Shown here piece after piece: positions 23,778 to 35,318 of a stretch of DNA of 64,000 nucleotides (the first letter of the stretch is position 1; every line of letters starts with the position of its first letter). The notes beneath the pieces are model-generated. The model did no database searches and was not told the DNA's origin. It saw nothing but the letters and a program-made list of their open reading frames with translations. The DNA is from Penicillus capitatus (lineage: Eukaryota; Plantae; Chlorophyta), in assembly GCA_965649825.1 (NCBI GenBank), contig OZ287699.1, forward strand, positions 310,001-374,000, given 5' to 3'. The translations under genes and the position numbers were made by a program.

Positions 23778-25047
23778 GTGCACGCAAGAAGTCGATGAAG
23801 TGATGATAACAAAGGGACGAATGTTTGTACGTTCGCAGAAACAGTGTCAATGGGTCTGTCTAAAGCAAGAAGGGTAGAATAGAAATGGTTGGCAACCTGG
23901 TGTCTACGTTTCCCAAGCTGCTGCCGTTTGATTTGTCAAGTTTGCAGATTCATCATTCGACATCCCAATATCGTAACCTCAGCCATCCAGTGTTGACTCG
24001 AAGCTCGTAATAGGACTCTAGCATTGAGCGGTGCGACAAGTCTTGGACTCGCTCAAGCCATCGATCATGACGTGCTGAATGGAAGATGGCTGTACAAAGA
24101 GTGACATGTTCAAGATATTGTTCGGTAGTTGCAAAATAAAGGCTGACAATATCGTCCAGTCGTGTATCTTGAGTCTTTACAGGAGACGACTGGTTGTCAT
24201 GACGTCCCGAATATGATAGAGAGAACTGCCACAATCGTCACTGACAGTGGTGCAGAAGTAATAAGAGTGACACGTTAAATCAGTGCCCCGCAGTTCGCGT
24301 CCCCTGGGAGGTTCGAGCGCGTTAGTCGACCTATAGTGCCTACGGCGACTGCATGGGCACCGCCACCTCAGCTTTCTCCATTAAGCAAATCTTTCTAATG
24401 TTACATTCGCCTGATCGAGAAACAGCCGTACCTCATTTCTCAACCTCATTTGCCGGTCGATGTTTTCCGTGCACGAAAAGTTCGACGACGAATTCGACGA
24501 GGTGAGGCCAAGACGCATTTCTCTGATCAACTAAGCCAATTTCCGTTTGCAGAACGAAGTTTGGAGCAACGACCAGTCGCTGGACCGCGAAGAAATGGCC
24601 GACGGTTCTCTCCCCGACCCGGAGCGTTCTGAAAAACAAAACGGAAAGAAAAACGTATGCGGATTTGATGATAAAGTAAGCGTATCTAACACATCAGTGA
24701 ATGCTGACACGGGCGCGCATTCTCTAGTGTGTCCGTTTAACGGAGGCCGAAGAAGGCACATTCACCAAAGAAGGTCTGAAGAAGTCGTTCGGAGACAAGG
24801 CTCGGATGCCTCGCCAAATCGAAACCCTTGAAAGGAGAAACGTGGCTGGCGGCGAGGCGCGCAATGGCGCCCCCCGACGAGGAAAGGTTAGTAAGAACCG
24901 TGCGCTGTTTAGAGAATCCGAGTCGTGCGTCTTATCAGGGAGGCCGACGCGAGGACGGAAATTCGAGTCCGAGATTCAACGTTTATCAAGCCTCGAAGGT
25001 GATAAGCCCTTTTCCGATGACTTGTATCGCAACAACGTGTTCGACAG

Positions 25048-27432
25048 ATGTGGGCCCCTGTGAGCGTCGTCAACACGTTTCCCTCGCACACTTCTCGTCC
25101 TCGATGCCGCGAAAAGGGCTCTTCGGTTGCCTTCTCCAGAGAATTCGACCGCGGACAAGCTCCGCGCATCAAAGCACGCATGACAAGGGGCACTGCTGCC
25201 AAAAACACGCCCCCGGCCAGCTCGACTTGGCCGCCTCTCCCTCAGACTGAACGTCACAGCTCCCGAGGTTCGACACTCGCTCGCGCAGAGGTGCGGTGTT
25301 CTTTGTCCCGCTCCGGCTTGCAGCTCTCCTCACAGGGAAACCCAAAGGAGATCTGCGAGGTCGAGCTAGAGGGATACGGTCTCGCGCAGATCCTTCAGGT
25401 CCGAGGGAGGTTTGCAGGGAGGATTGTCGAGCGAGCGGGACCGTTCTCGAGGAGGATTACCGTTCCACTCGTCTCCAAGGGTTTCTCCGATCCGGAAGAA
25501 GCGACGCGAGGATTGGCTCGCCTGCCGCCGAGTGCCGTCCGCCGTCGCGTTCACGTCCTTTCCGACAGAGAGAATGGCGTGGGGACGTTCATCTACGTGG
25601 GAGATCTAGGACTTCTCGGAGGTGGAGACAGAGAGCCCCCGGCCGGAGGCGGCGCGCTCGGACGCCAAGCTGCCGCCAGCTCCCGGCCAGAGAAGAAGCA
25701 CTCTCTGGTCTCGCCCGACATCTTTCGCCACTATGCCGGGAGGAAGGAAGAATTCAGCCAACTCTTCGAGGCGTTCACGTCGAGCGGCGAGTCGGTCGTC
25801 GCCAAGGCAATCGCAGGCCCCGCCGGCATAGGAAAGACTCAGCTCGCAATAAAGGTGTTCGAGTGGCTCAAGATGAACGACAGCTACGACCACACCTTCT
25901 GGATCCCTTCGGACTCGAAGGAGAACCTTTATGCCGCCTTCTTGAACATCGCCGAATACCTGGAGATCTCCGCAGACGACGAGATCCCGGTGCTCGTCCG
26001 CCGCGTTCACCAGGAGCTCGGAGGGTCGCGATGCCTCTACGTCTTCGACGACGCCTTTGATCTCGAACTGATCCGCGAGTACCTTCCACCGGAGGTCGGG
26101 CATGCGATTGTCACGACGCGAAACGCTGTAGCAGGGAGCTGGGAGGGCGACACGGTGCAGCTCGGGCCGTTCGACGAGTGCGATGCGTGGTTCCTCGCGC
26201 ACAGCTTCGGATACACCCGGTCGCCGCACTCGGAGGGTCTGGACGATTTGATCGAGTTGCTGCCTCCCTACCCGCTCACTCTGGCGCAGTTCTTCTCGAT
26301 GATGAAGTACGAGGGCGTGCCGAGCCCCGCCGAATGGCTGCATCAGGTGGAACGGTACGCCCCTTCGAGATACGAAGCCGGGGTCATAGAGATGCTCTCC
26401 GAAGAGCACGACGTCAGAGGAGCCAGCGCGATGGTCTACCTGTTTCGCTCGAACGTGCTGAGCATTCTGAGGGAACCCGACGACCTTGGAACGCACTGTC
26501 TCGACACACTCATCAGGCTGTCGCTGCTCGACCCAAATGGAGTGCCCATCAAGTGGGTGTGCGAATGGCACGGACAAGGAGATCGGCAATCCGAAGCAGA
26601 AGCGCAGACATCCGTAAAGGTTCTCGAGCACTACTCGTATGTCTCGTGGAACGAGAAGAACAATCAAATCTACATTCACGCAGAGACACAGCTCCTTGCG
26701 AGACACCTGCTCTTACACAGCAACGAAGCAATTCCCGAATGGAGAGAGAAGCTCGCGAAAAAGGCCGAAGACAGAGCCAGAGATCACATCAAGACCATCG
26801 TCCGTTCGATAAGTAAATACACCAGCGACTGGAGAACGGATCGTTCGAACCGAGAATCGTGGACGTCGCTCGCGCGGAACGGGGTCTCGCTCCTCAAACA
26901 CTGCGAAGAGAGCGACGACATTGGCGTGGAGTTGAAGCTAGTCGAACACATGGCAAGGGCCTACTCCGAGATGTGCATGTTTCGCGAGTCGCTCTCCCAC
27001 CTTCAAAGAGCCCTCGACGTGTGCGAGCGCCTCAACGGCGATGCGGACCATCCGGACCTCGTCCAATGCATCCAGAGCTACGCCATCGGACTCTCGCGAG
27101 TCGGAAGAGACAGCGAAGCACTGCCGTTCCGCAAAAGAGCCCTCGACATGTGCGAGCGCCTCAACGGCGACGCGGACCATCCCGACCTCGTCCAATGCAT
27201 CCGGAACTACGCCGTCGGACTCGAGCGAGTCGGAAGAGACAGCGAAGCACTGCCGTTCCGCAAGAGAGCCCTCGACATGTGCGAGCGCCTCAACGGCGAC
27301 GCGGACCATCCGGACCTCGTCCAATGCATCCAGAGCTACGCCATCGGACTCTCGCGAGTCGGAAGAGACAGCGAAGCACTGCCGTTCCGCAAGAGAGCAG
27401 AAGAAATGCATAAGCGGCTTGGAAATCAATAA
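25048..27432 (+). CDS. NB-ARC (STAND NTPase)-TPR NLR-like protein, 3-repeat copy
   Basis: Walker A GPAGIGKT, Walker B CLYVFDDA, IVTTRN, PYPLTL (GLPL-like) and IYIHAETQ (MHD-like), followed by 3 HPDLV-type 43-aa repeats. True start and a possible 45-nt intron (25291-25335) are uncertain. Confidence 0.9.
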   Translation: MWAPVSVVNTFPSHTSRPRCREKGSSVAFSREFDRGQAPRIKARMTRGTAAKNTPPASSTWPPLPQTERHSSRGSTLARAEVRCSLSRSGLQLSSQGNPKEICEVELEGYGLAQILQVRGRFAGRIVERAGPFSRRITVPLVSKGFSDPEEATRGLARLPPSAVRRRVHVLSDRENGVGTFIYVGDLGLLGGGDREPPAGGGALGRQAAASSRPEKKHSLVSPDIFRHYAGRKEEFSQLFEAFTSSGESVVAKAIAGPAGIGKTQLAIKVFEWLKMNDSYDHTFWIPSDSKENLYAAFLNIAEYLEISADDEIPVLVRRVHQELGGSRCLYVFDDAFDLELIREYLPPEVGHAIVTTRNAVAGSWEGDTVQLGPFDECDAWFLAHSFGYTRSPHSEGLDDLIELLPPYPLTLAQFFSMMKYEGVPSPAEWLHQVERYAPSRYEAGVIEMLSEEHDVRGASAMVYLFRSNVLSILREPDDLGTHCLDTLIRLSLLDPNGVPIKWVCEWHGQGDRQSEAEAQTSVKVLEHYSYVSWNEKNNQIYIHAETQLLARHLLLHSNEAIPEWREKLAKKAEDRARDHIKTIVRSISKYTSDWRTDRSNRESWTSLARNGVSLLKHCEESDDIGVELKLVEHMARAYSEMCMFRESLSHLQRALDVCERLNGDADHPDLVQCIQSYAIGLSRVGRDSEALPFRKRALDMCERLNGDADHPDLVQCIRNYAVGLERVGRDSEALPFRKRALDMCERLNGDADHPDLVQCIQSYAIGLSRVGRDSEALPFRKRAEEMHKRLGNQ
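27049..27400 (+). repeat. 129-bp coding tandem repeat x3 (last copy truncated)
   Basis: Unit HPDLVQCIxxYAxGLxRVGRDSEALPFRKRALDMCERLNGDAD. Confidence 0.95.
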
Positions 27433-28081
27433 AATCTCCATCTTGATCGGCTAACGTATTTTCATCTTGTGAGTTCCATTTGAAGGTTTCTACACATGTT
27501 TGTTTTTGCATATCGTGGCCACGTCGCTAGGACTCCGGAAACGCGAACGACGACGAAGGCTTGTTGCATCACAAGGATTGTAAACACCTTTGTGGTGCGG
27601 ATTAAATGGACTCGGAACGAACTAACGCGTTAAGCCGAATGCACGATCACGTCGAATGCATCTCTCCTCGGTAAGTTGCGCGAAGCCGAGTCTGATGCCA
27701 ATACGACAAAATCCGATATGTTGGCAATTGCGTTGATTGTTACGCTTCTACTATCGTACAAACTGCAGCATGGCTACCGGTTCTGAGTAGGGTGTAAGTG
27801 TTTCTCGTTGACGAATTTGCAATTGCTTATGATGTCGTCTTCTCATTCGATGTCACTAGCGTTTTGCGATTTTGCCACTCCATGCTGCTAGATTAGAGTG
27901 AGAAAACGGAGTTATCTGCTCTTCCTTTCCGGAGCTAGTGGTAAATGCTTTTCGTCTAGGTAGCTTTTTGCAATTTTCTTGCCGTTGGAGCGTCGATTGT
28001 AGAGAAGCGTAAAGTTGTGATATCGATATCGTTGCACTGCTTTCATCGACGGATCCCGATAACGTCGACTGAACAAAGGGG

Positions 28082-28570
28082 TGTTGCCAAGATTTGACGT
28101 GGCAATGTGACTACCTCGTTTCCGATGGGTTCACGTCTTGGGGGGCGCAGGTAGAGTCATCTGAGGCGTCGCTCTCTGGCCATGGACGAGGGATGACTCA
28201 CCTGTTCAGCGGGTCACATCGTTTTGGGCGTAGAAATGCGTAGGAGAGGAGACCCTGAGACTCTCTGTTCTTGTAAGCTTTTGGACTCTGAGCGTGCCTT
28301 CGGCGTAAAACGTGTGTGAGCAACGCTCACCCTGGCTGACGACGAGGCGCTAGCACCCTCGCGTGCCGTTGTTCCTTATCCACCGTTGTACCAGCATACT
28401 CCGTACTTATCGGCGCTAGACTTCTTCAGACAAGCGGAACGAGGAAATTCCGACGCTCGCCAAGACGACACCCTAGCCGAGGACCAACCGCCCAGTCCGG
28501 GGGAGGACGGACCCACCGACGCAGAAGTTGACGAGGAAAGACCTCAACGGGAGTCAGAGCAAGGGCGACA
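28082..28570. mobile_element. Solo LTR (489 bp) with 5-bp TSD AGGGG
   Basis: Begins TGTTGCC and ends GGCGACA (imperfect inverted termini, TG..CA). AGGGG at 28077-28081 and 28571-28575. Absent from the paralogous site near 60700-60720. Confidence 0.85.
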
Positions 28571-30549
28571 AGGGGCGCGACAATAGTAGCATTTGATTCT
28601 ATCAGGCACGTGGTTCTTCTAGTAGGCGTCGTCTTACGTGCAGCATCACTTGCTGCAAACGCGTTCTCAGGTACAGATGCTTCATGTTTCGTGATTGTGT
28701 GTTTTCTTTGCGCCGACCGTTATAAGATCTAAACTTTAATCTTGTTTTTCGTCGTTCGTATTTCGTTCGACTATGTCGTTTGGTTTGTTCTTAGCAGTCC
28801 GTCAGTTAAAGCAGAGCTTTTTGTTGTAACACTCAACTGCTTTCACTCCTCAACTGCGTGAATTCCTCAGCTATCTTTAATTAACCGTTTAGTCTTACGT
28901 TAGTTTGTTGTCTTAGTTTTTGTAACTACTTGTATGTATGTCTTTTTTCTACGGACTGACTAACACTCACTTGTTGATCTTGTTTTCAAGAAGTCTCCTT
29001 TTTTAGTGTTTGTTGTCGCGCAATGTCTTTTGGCTTTAAAGGTCGTCCGATTGCTAACTTCTTCTCGAGACACAATACCATATCACAAAGAGCCTTGCTT
29101 GCCAACGCGAAGGAGAATGACGAATAATGGATGAAAAACAGCATAAGAAAGCCATAGTGTGAACATTTGTTTTGATTTTTTGTAAAATACGAAACGATCT
29201 TACAGTAAGATCTCACTAGGTCGCCATCCTCCGATGTCGTTCTCACTCTTTGATACGCGCCGATCTTGTCTTGTGCTTTATCTCCGTTTGTCTGATTTGG
29301 CTTCTCGGCTGGATTAAGCACCCTTCCTATCTTTTAGTGAAATCTCTTGTGCGTTTCCTTTCCGGGGACCTCCCTAATTATTTGCTTGTTTTCAGTTTTC
29401 ATTGGCAGGTTCTCATTTCTTGTCATTTCTACTTTTTAACCCGTGAGACCCGTAACGATGTTTCCATTGGGCGGATTTTCAATCCTTTCGTTTTGCTCGA
29501 CTCCTCATCATCATCATCATTTAAAGGGATTATAGTGGCAGTGCATAACGCATATCAGCCACTTTGCTCGACTCCTCACGATCGCACATTTTCTTCTTTG
29601 TACTCATGGATATTAACAACACATCCGTTCGACTTCCTTTACTCTCAAGCCTCCAAGTTCCTGAAATAGGCTCCGGTACTGTAGATCTTTGACTCCTCGT
29701 CTCTATTCTAAAAAATCGTCAATTTTTAACATGTCTAGCTGCTTTTTAGTTAACAACGTGCAATGCGCATGAATCTGTCACTAAAAAAATTAGTGCGTAC
29801 GCAAGGAAGGCAGGGATATGAATAGACATTCAATTAGTTTCGTTTGCCGAAGACAGTCTTCCATGCAATCGGGAATGTGAACAAGAATGGTTTGTTTCCT
29901 ATTCATGCCTTTGATGTGACGATTACGACGTCTTCGTCGACGCGGTAGGCCTAGACAACTTGGTAAGCAGAACAGATCGTACCAAAAGCCGACGCGACTC
30001 GTGTCGTCGTCGTAACAACTGAGCTCTCATACTAGCTCTGTCATGGACAGCTGTCCACCTTCGTGCAGCTGCCACGGAATAGTATAAATTCTGAACTGAT
30101 AATGCTACAGGCAGTCTTTGTAAGCGATATGCCTTCGTCGTCGTTCCCGTTTCTGCGCGTCTGAACGACACGGCCGCGACAAGTTCTATGCGACACAGTT
30201 CCTCCGTCTCTCTTTCAGAGCAGATAGGGGCCGATTTGTTATTCAACGGCCCGTGTAAATCCCACAAACTTCTCTCTCTCTATTGGAGAGCAGATAGCAT
30301 CGCTTCAGGCACTCATCGAACATCCTTCTTGGCACGTGCACCTCGAGTGCCGAATGAAGAGTGCATTCGAGGCCTCGGTCTGAGGAAAGCAGAAGATTTT
30401 TTTTGCTTTCATGGAAGAACAGTCTGGCGTGACTGGAAACAATTCGCTCTATTCGGAGAGATTTCGGGGATGTGTATCTCCTGTATGTGGCCTTAATGTG
30501 GGGTGCGAACAATCGGACCGTCACGTTTTTTTTTCAATGCCAGTGGCGC

Positions 30550-31390
30550 CGCTGCCTTTCGCCCTGTGTTTGTAAAATCAGTGCTTTCCATCCAGCTTCT
30601 CTTGACTACTTTCCAGCGCACAAAGGGAACGCGACAGGAAGCAAAGCAGTTTGGCGGCAAAACAAGAGTCCTCGATACACCACAGCTCCAGGCCCTGAAA
30701 AAGGCAGTGATATGGAAATCTGTTTCTCTGAGGTGGTCTTCTCGGGAAGTGGGCCTCGAGAAGACGAGTAGCGCGTTCTTTCACACCACCGGCATATTAC
30801 TTACAACTACGACGACCTCTGCTGCATCCTTGATCCACACGACAGTTTTCGCTCCTGCTCTTCGCTCGTGCACATAAGGAGATCCCACCGCAGATGAATC
30901 GCAGGCATCAGGCAGGGACTACAGTTGTTGTGCGAAAAGGGCATTGGCGATGTCGTCGATCTCGATGGCGTCCTTCTGGACCTGCTGAGCGATTTGCTGT
31001 AGGACATGGATCGGATCTCGCCGCCCGCCATAGTTCAGGGCCATCGTGAGAACAGACCACCATTGTTGTGCTTTTTCTTGCTCGATGGTGTGGATCGATC
31101 AGATCATTCTTGACGAAAGCCGTTCAAAATCGTCCAAAAACTACACGCGGAGATTCCAAGATGTTCAGCAAAGCCAGGCCTGTGTGATCTTCCAGTCCAA
31201 AAGCAACAAGAGATCTGGAACCCGAGCGGGTTCTCCTTTCCAGTTCTGGCTGGAAGACACGAAGAGGTCATAGATATTGCGTCGATCCTCAAGTACTGGC
31301 ACGACGCGACGACCGACTCTAGCCTTGCGGGTAAGCAGCTTGAGAGGGAGACCAATCTGGACAGTCCATCGGCGATTTCCATCCATGCGT
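30550..31390 (-). pseudogene. Degraded cis-prenyltransferase (UPP/dehydrodolichyl-PP synthase family)
   Basis: MDGNRRW (ATG 31386), SSQNW, MALNYGGR and DLLMCTSEEQERKLS occur in family order but in shifting frames with stops. Confidence 0.7.
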
Positions 31391-31536
31391 CTCGCAGTGC
31401 GTCGAGGCAGTGGCGGCGAAATCTTCACGCTCTTCTAGAAACGCGCTCCCTTCGACGCACAGAGCTTCGGTGCAGTGTAACCTTAAAGACGCGCACTCAG
31501 ACACGCGACGCCATTCCCGTCATCTTCATTTTTGCG

Positions 31537-33419
31537 ATGGCCGTACGATGTCTTTCGTCTGGCACGCTCGTTCGCGCGGCGCCTCGATGGCCTTCGCGAC
31601 GATTGATTGCTTGGACGAAACAGCGACGGATCCGCAGAATAGGCGAACGCGTTCGCGGCTTCACCGTTATCCATTGCACCGCATCGGACAGACACAAGAA
31701 CCTCAGCGTCACACAGACGGCCACGAGAGTGTCGGAGCTTCTCGAGCCTCTCGACTTGGGAGAAGAGCGAACAAAGATGCAGTCCTATCTCGAATCCTGG
31801 GAAGACCTGCCATCGCGCTTCAAACTCCTCATCACGGCCTTCCTCTCTTACGTCATCTGCAACATGGTGATCTTGACCTGAGCGAAGAATCCGATGGACG
31901 ATCCCGTGTCGTCGTCTGCAGGATAAAGTCAACATGAGTGTGGCGATCATTCCTATGGCGCATCAGTTTGGATGGAATGCCACCGTTTCTGGCTTGGTCC
32001 AGTCAGCGTTCTTCTACGGCTACATGTTCTGCCAGCTGCCGGGCGGCTACCTCAGTACGCGGTTTTCGGGATCGCGGATGCTGCCTATCGGTGTTGGACT
32101 GTGGTCCGTTGCGACATTTGGCCTCCCGGCTGTAGGAGGGAGCGTCCCTGGACTCTGCGCCTCCCGTTCGCTGGTGGGATTGGGCGAGGCATTGGCGCCG
32201 GCAGCCGTGGCAGATATCGTAGCGAAGACCATTCCCCCTGAAGAGCGATCCAGGGCTGTCAGCTTTGTCAATGCTGGGCTGTACGTCGGGACGATTCTTG
32301 GTAAGATGGGACGTTTTTGGGCAGAAGAGGGCAGCAGTGCGTTCATCTTCTAGGACTGTTGACGTCGCCGATGCTGATCAATGCCTTTGGCTGGCCAGCG
32401 GTGTTCTACGTCTTTGGAGGGACTGGACTCGTCTGGGTCGTGGCTTGGGAAATGCTGGTCGAAGGATTGAAGCGCTCCGACACAGAAACGTACAAAAAAG
32501 TCAAAAGTGTGAGATTCTCACACATTCCTGAATTTGATCCACGTGTTTTTTAGAACTGACTGGACCGTCAGCCTCTGTCGGCCAAGAAGACATTCCATGG
32601 CGAGCCATGTTACGATGCCGGCCAGTTCGTGCTCTGATGTTCACACATTTCTGCTCTGGATGGTGCCGTTTCTCACATGTCTTTGCCAAAAGAGTGAGAT
32701 GTGTGATGCAGGTTTCATTTTACCATTTTATCCTGGCTGCCTTCTTACTTCACCAGCACACTGGGTCTGGAACTGGGCGATGCAGCACGCATCTCCCTCA
32801 TGCCACCCGTCGCTGGTTAACCCCTCCTCCCTCACCGTCGACACCAACGCTGTCGTCCTTATTCTGTAGGAATTGTGATTTCGAGCATTGCAGGGCCAAC
32901 AGCCGATGCTCTTATCGCAAGGGGATGGGAAACAGGGATCGTTCGAAAACTCTCTCAGTGCATCGCATTCGTCGGTCCTTCGCTCTGTCTCATCGGCGCC
33001 TCCATCTCCGATTCCAACGAGACCCGCGTCGCATTGCTGACGGCGTCGATTGGCCTGGGAAGCTTCTGCCTTCCTGGTTTCTACTCCAACTCTCAAGACC
33101 TCACCCCAAAATACGCCGGATTTCTCCTCAGCATGACGTCGACGCTTGGCGCTTTGCCCGGAATCATAGGTACCGTCCGATCAGGGAGGGTTTCTGGAGG
33201 CCGACAGAGATTCTTGTAGGCGTGTCGGTCACGGGGGCTATTCTGGATGCCACGAATTCGTGGTCAATAGCTTTGTTCGTCCCTTCTATTATCTTCATGC
33301 TATTAGGTGCCGTTGTCTTCGGTCTCTACGGCAGAGGACACGAAATTCACTTTACAGACAACACACCGTTCGCTTTCGAGAAACACATTCCGTGGAAGAC
33401 CTTGCCAAAACGCGAGTGA
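31537..33419 (+). CDS. PHT4: Plastid PHT4/ANTR-type MFS phosphate/anion transporter (multi-exon)
   Basis: Transit-like N-terminus; FLSYVICNM|DKVNMSVAIIPMAHQFGWNATVSGLVQSAFFYGY; SLVGLGEALA; QDLTPKYAG. Confidence 0.88.
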
Positions 33420-33863
33420 TGTCCTTTTCTTCACCTCACTCCTACTGTCTGCTATTTCGTTCACAATATATGATCCATTCTTGTTGCTATTTTTGAGTGC
33501 AACAAGTAAAGGGAGAAAACATGTTCTCAGAGAGTCGATTTGAAGTCATCCAAGAACGAAGCCGAGATCTTCCCGCGACGACGCGAAAAACGCAAACGCC
33601 CGAAGCTGCGCACGTCCTTCAGCAAAGCCGCCTCAGATTTCTCTTGTCGAGATGCGCGCCGGGTCCAGCAACGTGTCCATGTTGAGTTTTTGACATATCA
33701 TTGCTGCGCAGGCGCTTCGCATCGATTGACATGGAATGACACACGCCCTCATACGAACACTCACTTTTCGACTATTTTCTACAAATACACAAACAAACAG
33801 TTTTGTCCAACAGACTCCACCGTGATATCAACGCATCCACCGACTCGGCCAACGCAAAACAGC

Positions 33864-35318
33864 ATGTCCGTTGAGAGTACGTTCTATCGCTATTCGGCTG
33901 CGCTCAAGAAGCACCGGTGTTGAAGGCGGCACAGGGAGCAACGCCGGCGTCTCGTTCTCGTACAAGATTCTCAAGCACGCGTGGTTCTCCTCGTATGAAG
34001 TGAGCGATGGTCCTCGTCGGGTAAGGTCTTCGAGATAACCTCTTGCTGCAGTGCCGCGTGCATCGCTACTTGATCGACAACAGCGAGCTCGAGTTCGAAA
34101 CGAAGCCTTTCGAAGTGAACGGTCACAAGTGGTGCGTTCGTCGACGTTCAGGGGCGATGTGCGAGTATGATGGTACAGGCGCATCAGTATCAAGCATCAC
34201 GACGACGGTCACCTCGGCATTCGTCTTCGTTCTTTGGAAGAGAGATGCGTCGGCGTGCATTTTGGCATGACGCTTGTCAACTTTAGCGACGAAACGAAGT
34301 CGGTGTACTCTGGTACGACCGCATGCTGCATCGGCGATCGGGGTTCTGGATTTCGCTGTGATGACAGGTGGACGGGTGTGCTTCTCTGAGACGGCGCGTG
34401 GATGGGGAAGGGAAGATCTCGTCGCCATTGATGTCATGGAGAGTCCGGCGTCCGGTTTCTGGCTGGGCGATTCCTTCGTCATCCGAACAGACATTCGCAT
34501 CATCACCCCCGAAAACGAATCGCAGATGATCTCCGTCGACGGAAACACGCTAACGTGCACCGTAAGCCCTGTGCCATACACAACGGATCAGCTCACCGGC
34601 GTTGTGTCCCCAGTGGCGTCTCGGAAGAGTGATGGGGAGGAGTCCTTTCAAACTGGAGTCCAAAGAATTTGCATTGCGCGACACGAAATGGTGAGCACTG
34701 TACTCGAGAGGCGATGACTGGCGTGGTTTCGACAGGATGCTGTTCGTCGGTCTGTGCGATCCGAAGACCTCCAGCAATTTGTCCTTTCACGTTTACAACT
34801 CCGGCGAACAAGACTCTCGTATTCGCTTCGAACTCCGAGCGCTGCACGTCGACGCCGCATCCGACCGTTTCAAGAGTTGTGCACCTGAGCGGCGTGCATT
34901 GTTAAGGGATGGCGCGTAGGCTTTACGGAGACAATTCTTCCGAAGCGTGTTTCTGGATGGAAGCGCTTTTTGAGTGGGGAGGAAGTGTCGGATGCGTCGC
35001 TAGGATTTCTCGAGGGAGAGTGGATTACCTTCGTCTCTGTGATCACGCTCGTGGAGGACGAGCTGCATCCGAATTCCAACTTAGCGGAAACTGCAGAATG
35101 CGTGATCTGTCGAGTCAGCCCCCAAGTGGCTGGGGTGCTCCATGGAAACACGTTGAATGTGCTTCTAATCGCAAGGCTAAGCTCAGCTGTGCTGTCTGTT
35201 TAGGGTACACAAGTGTTTTTGTTTGGAGTGCGCCAGGCGCTTTGCGCAGCAGAACGAGGATCTCAGGTGTCCCTTGTGCCGCAAAGAAGTGGATCGCATC
35301 ATCGAGAGGTTCTATTGA
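33864..35318 (+). CDS. Tandem MATH/TRAF + C-terminal RING protein (multi-exon)
   Basis: CRVHRYLIDNSELEFETKPFEVNGHKW, WGREDLVAIDVMESPASGFWLGDSFVIRTDI, SLGFLEGEWITF and CVICRVSPQVAGVLHGNT/HKCFCLECARRFAQQNEDLRCPLCRKEV. TGA at 35316-35318. Confidence 0.8.

Larger units (their letters stand above)
24540..28790 (+). repeat. Segmental duplication copy 1 (paralogous to ~55620-60950)
   Basis: Upstream flank, NLR gene and downstream flank align directly. Constant offset of 31,081 nt up to the repeat array. Boundaries are approximate. Confidence 0.92.

Noticed and set aside
24540-28790. NLR duplication as cargo of a single transposon
   Set aside because: No TIRs, TSDs or sharp shared boundaries found; similarity decays gradually at the edges.
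28986-29700. Stop-riddled K/E-rich antisense frame with faint similarity (LQKIK, AIG, PLKxxD) to 61000-61300 downstream of NLR copy 2
   Set aside because: Matches are too short to distinguish from chance without an alignment score.
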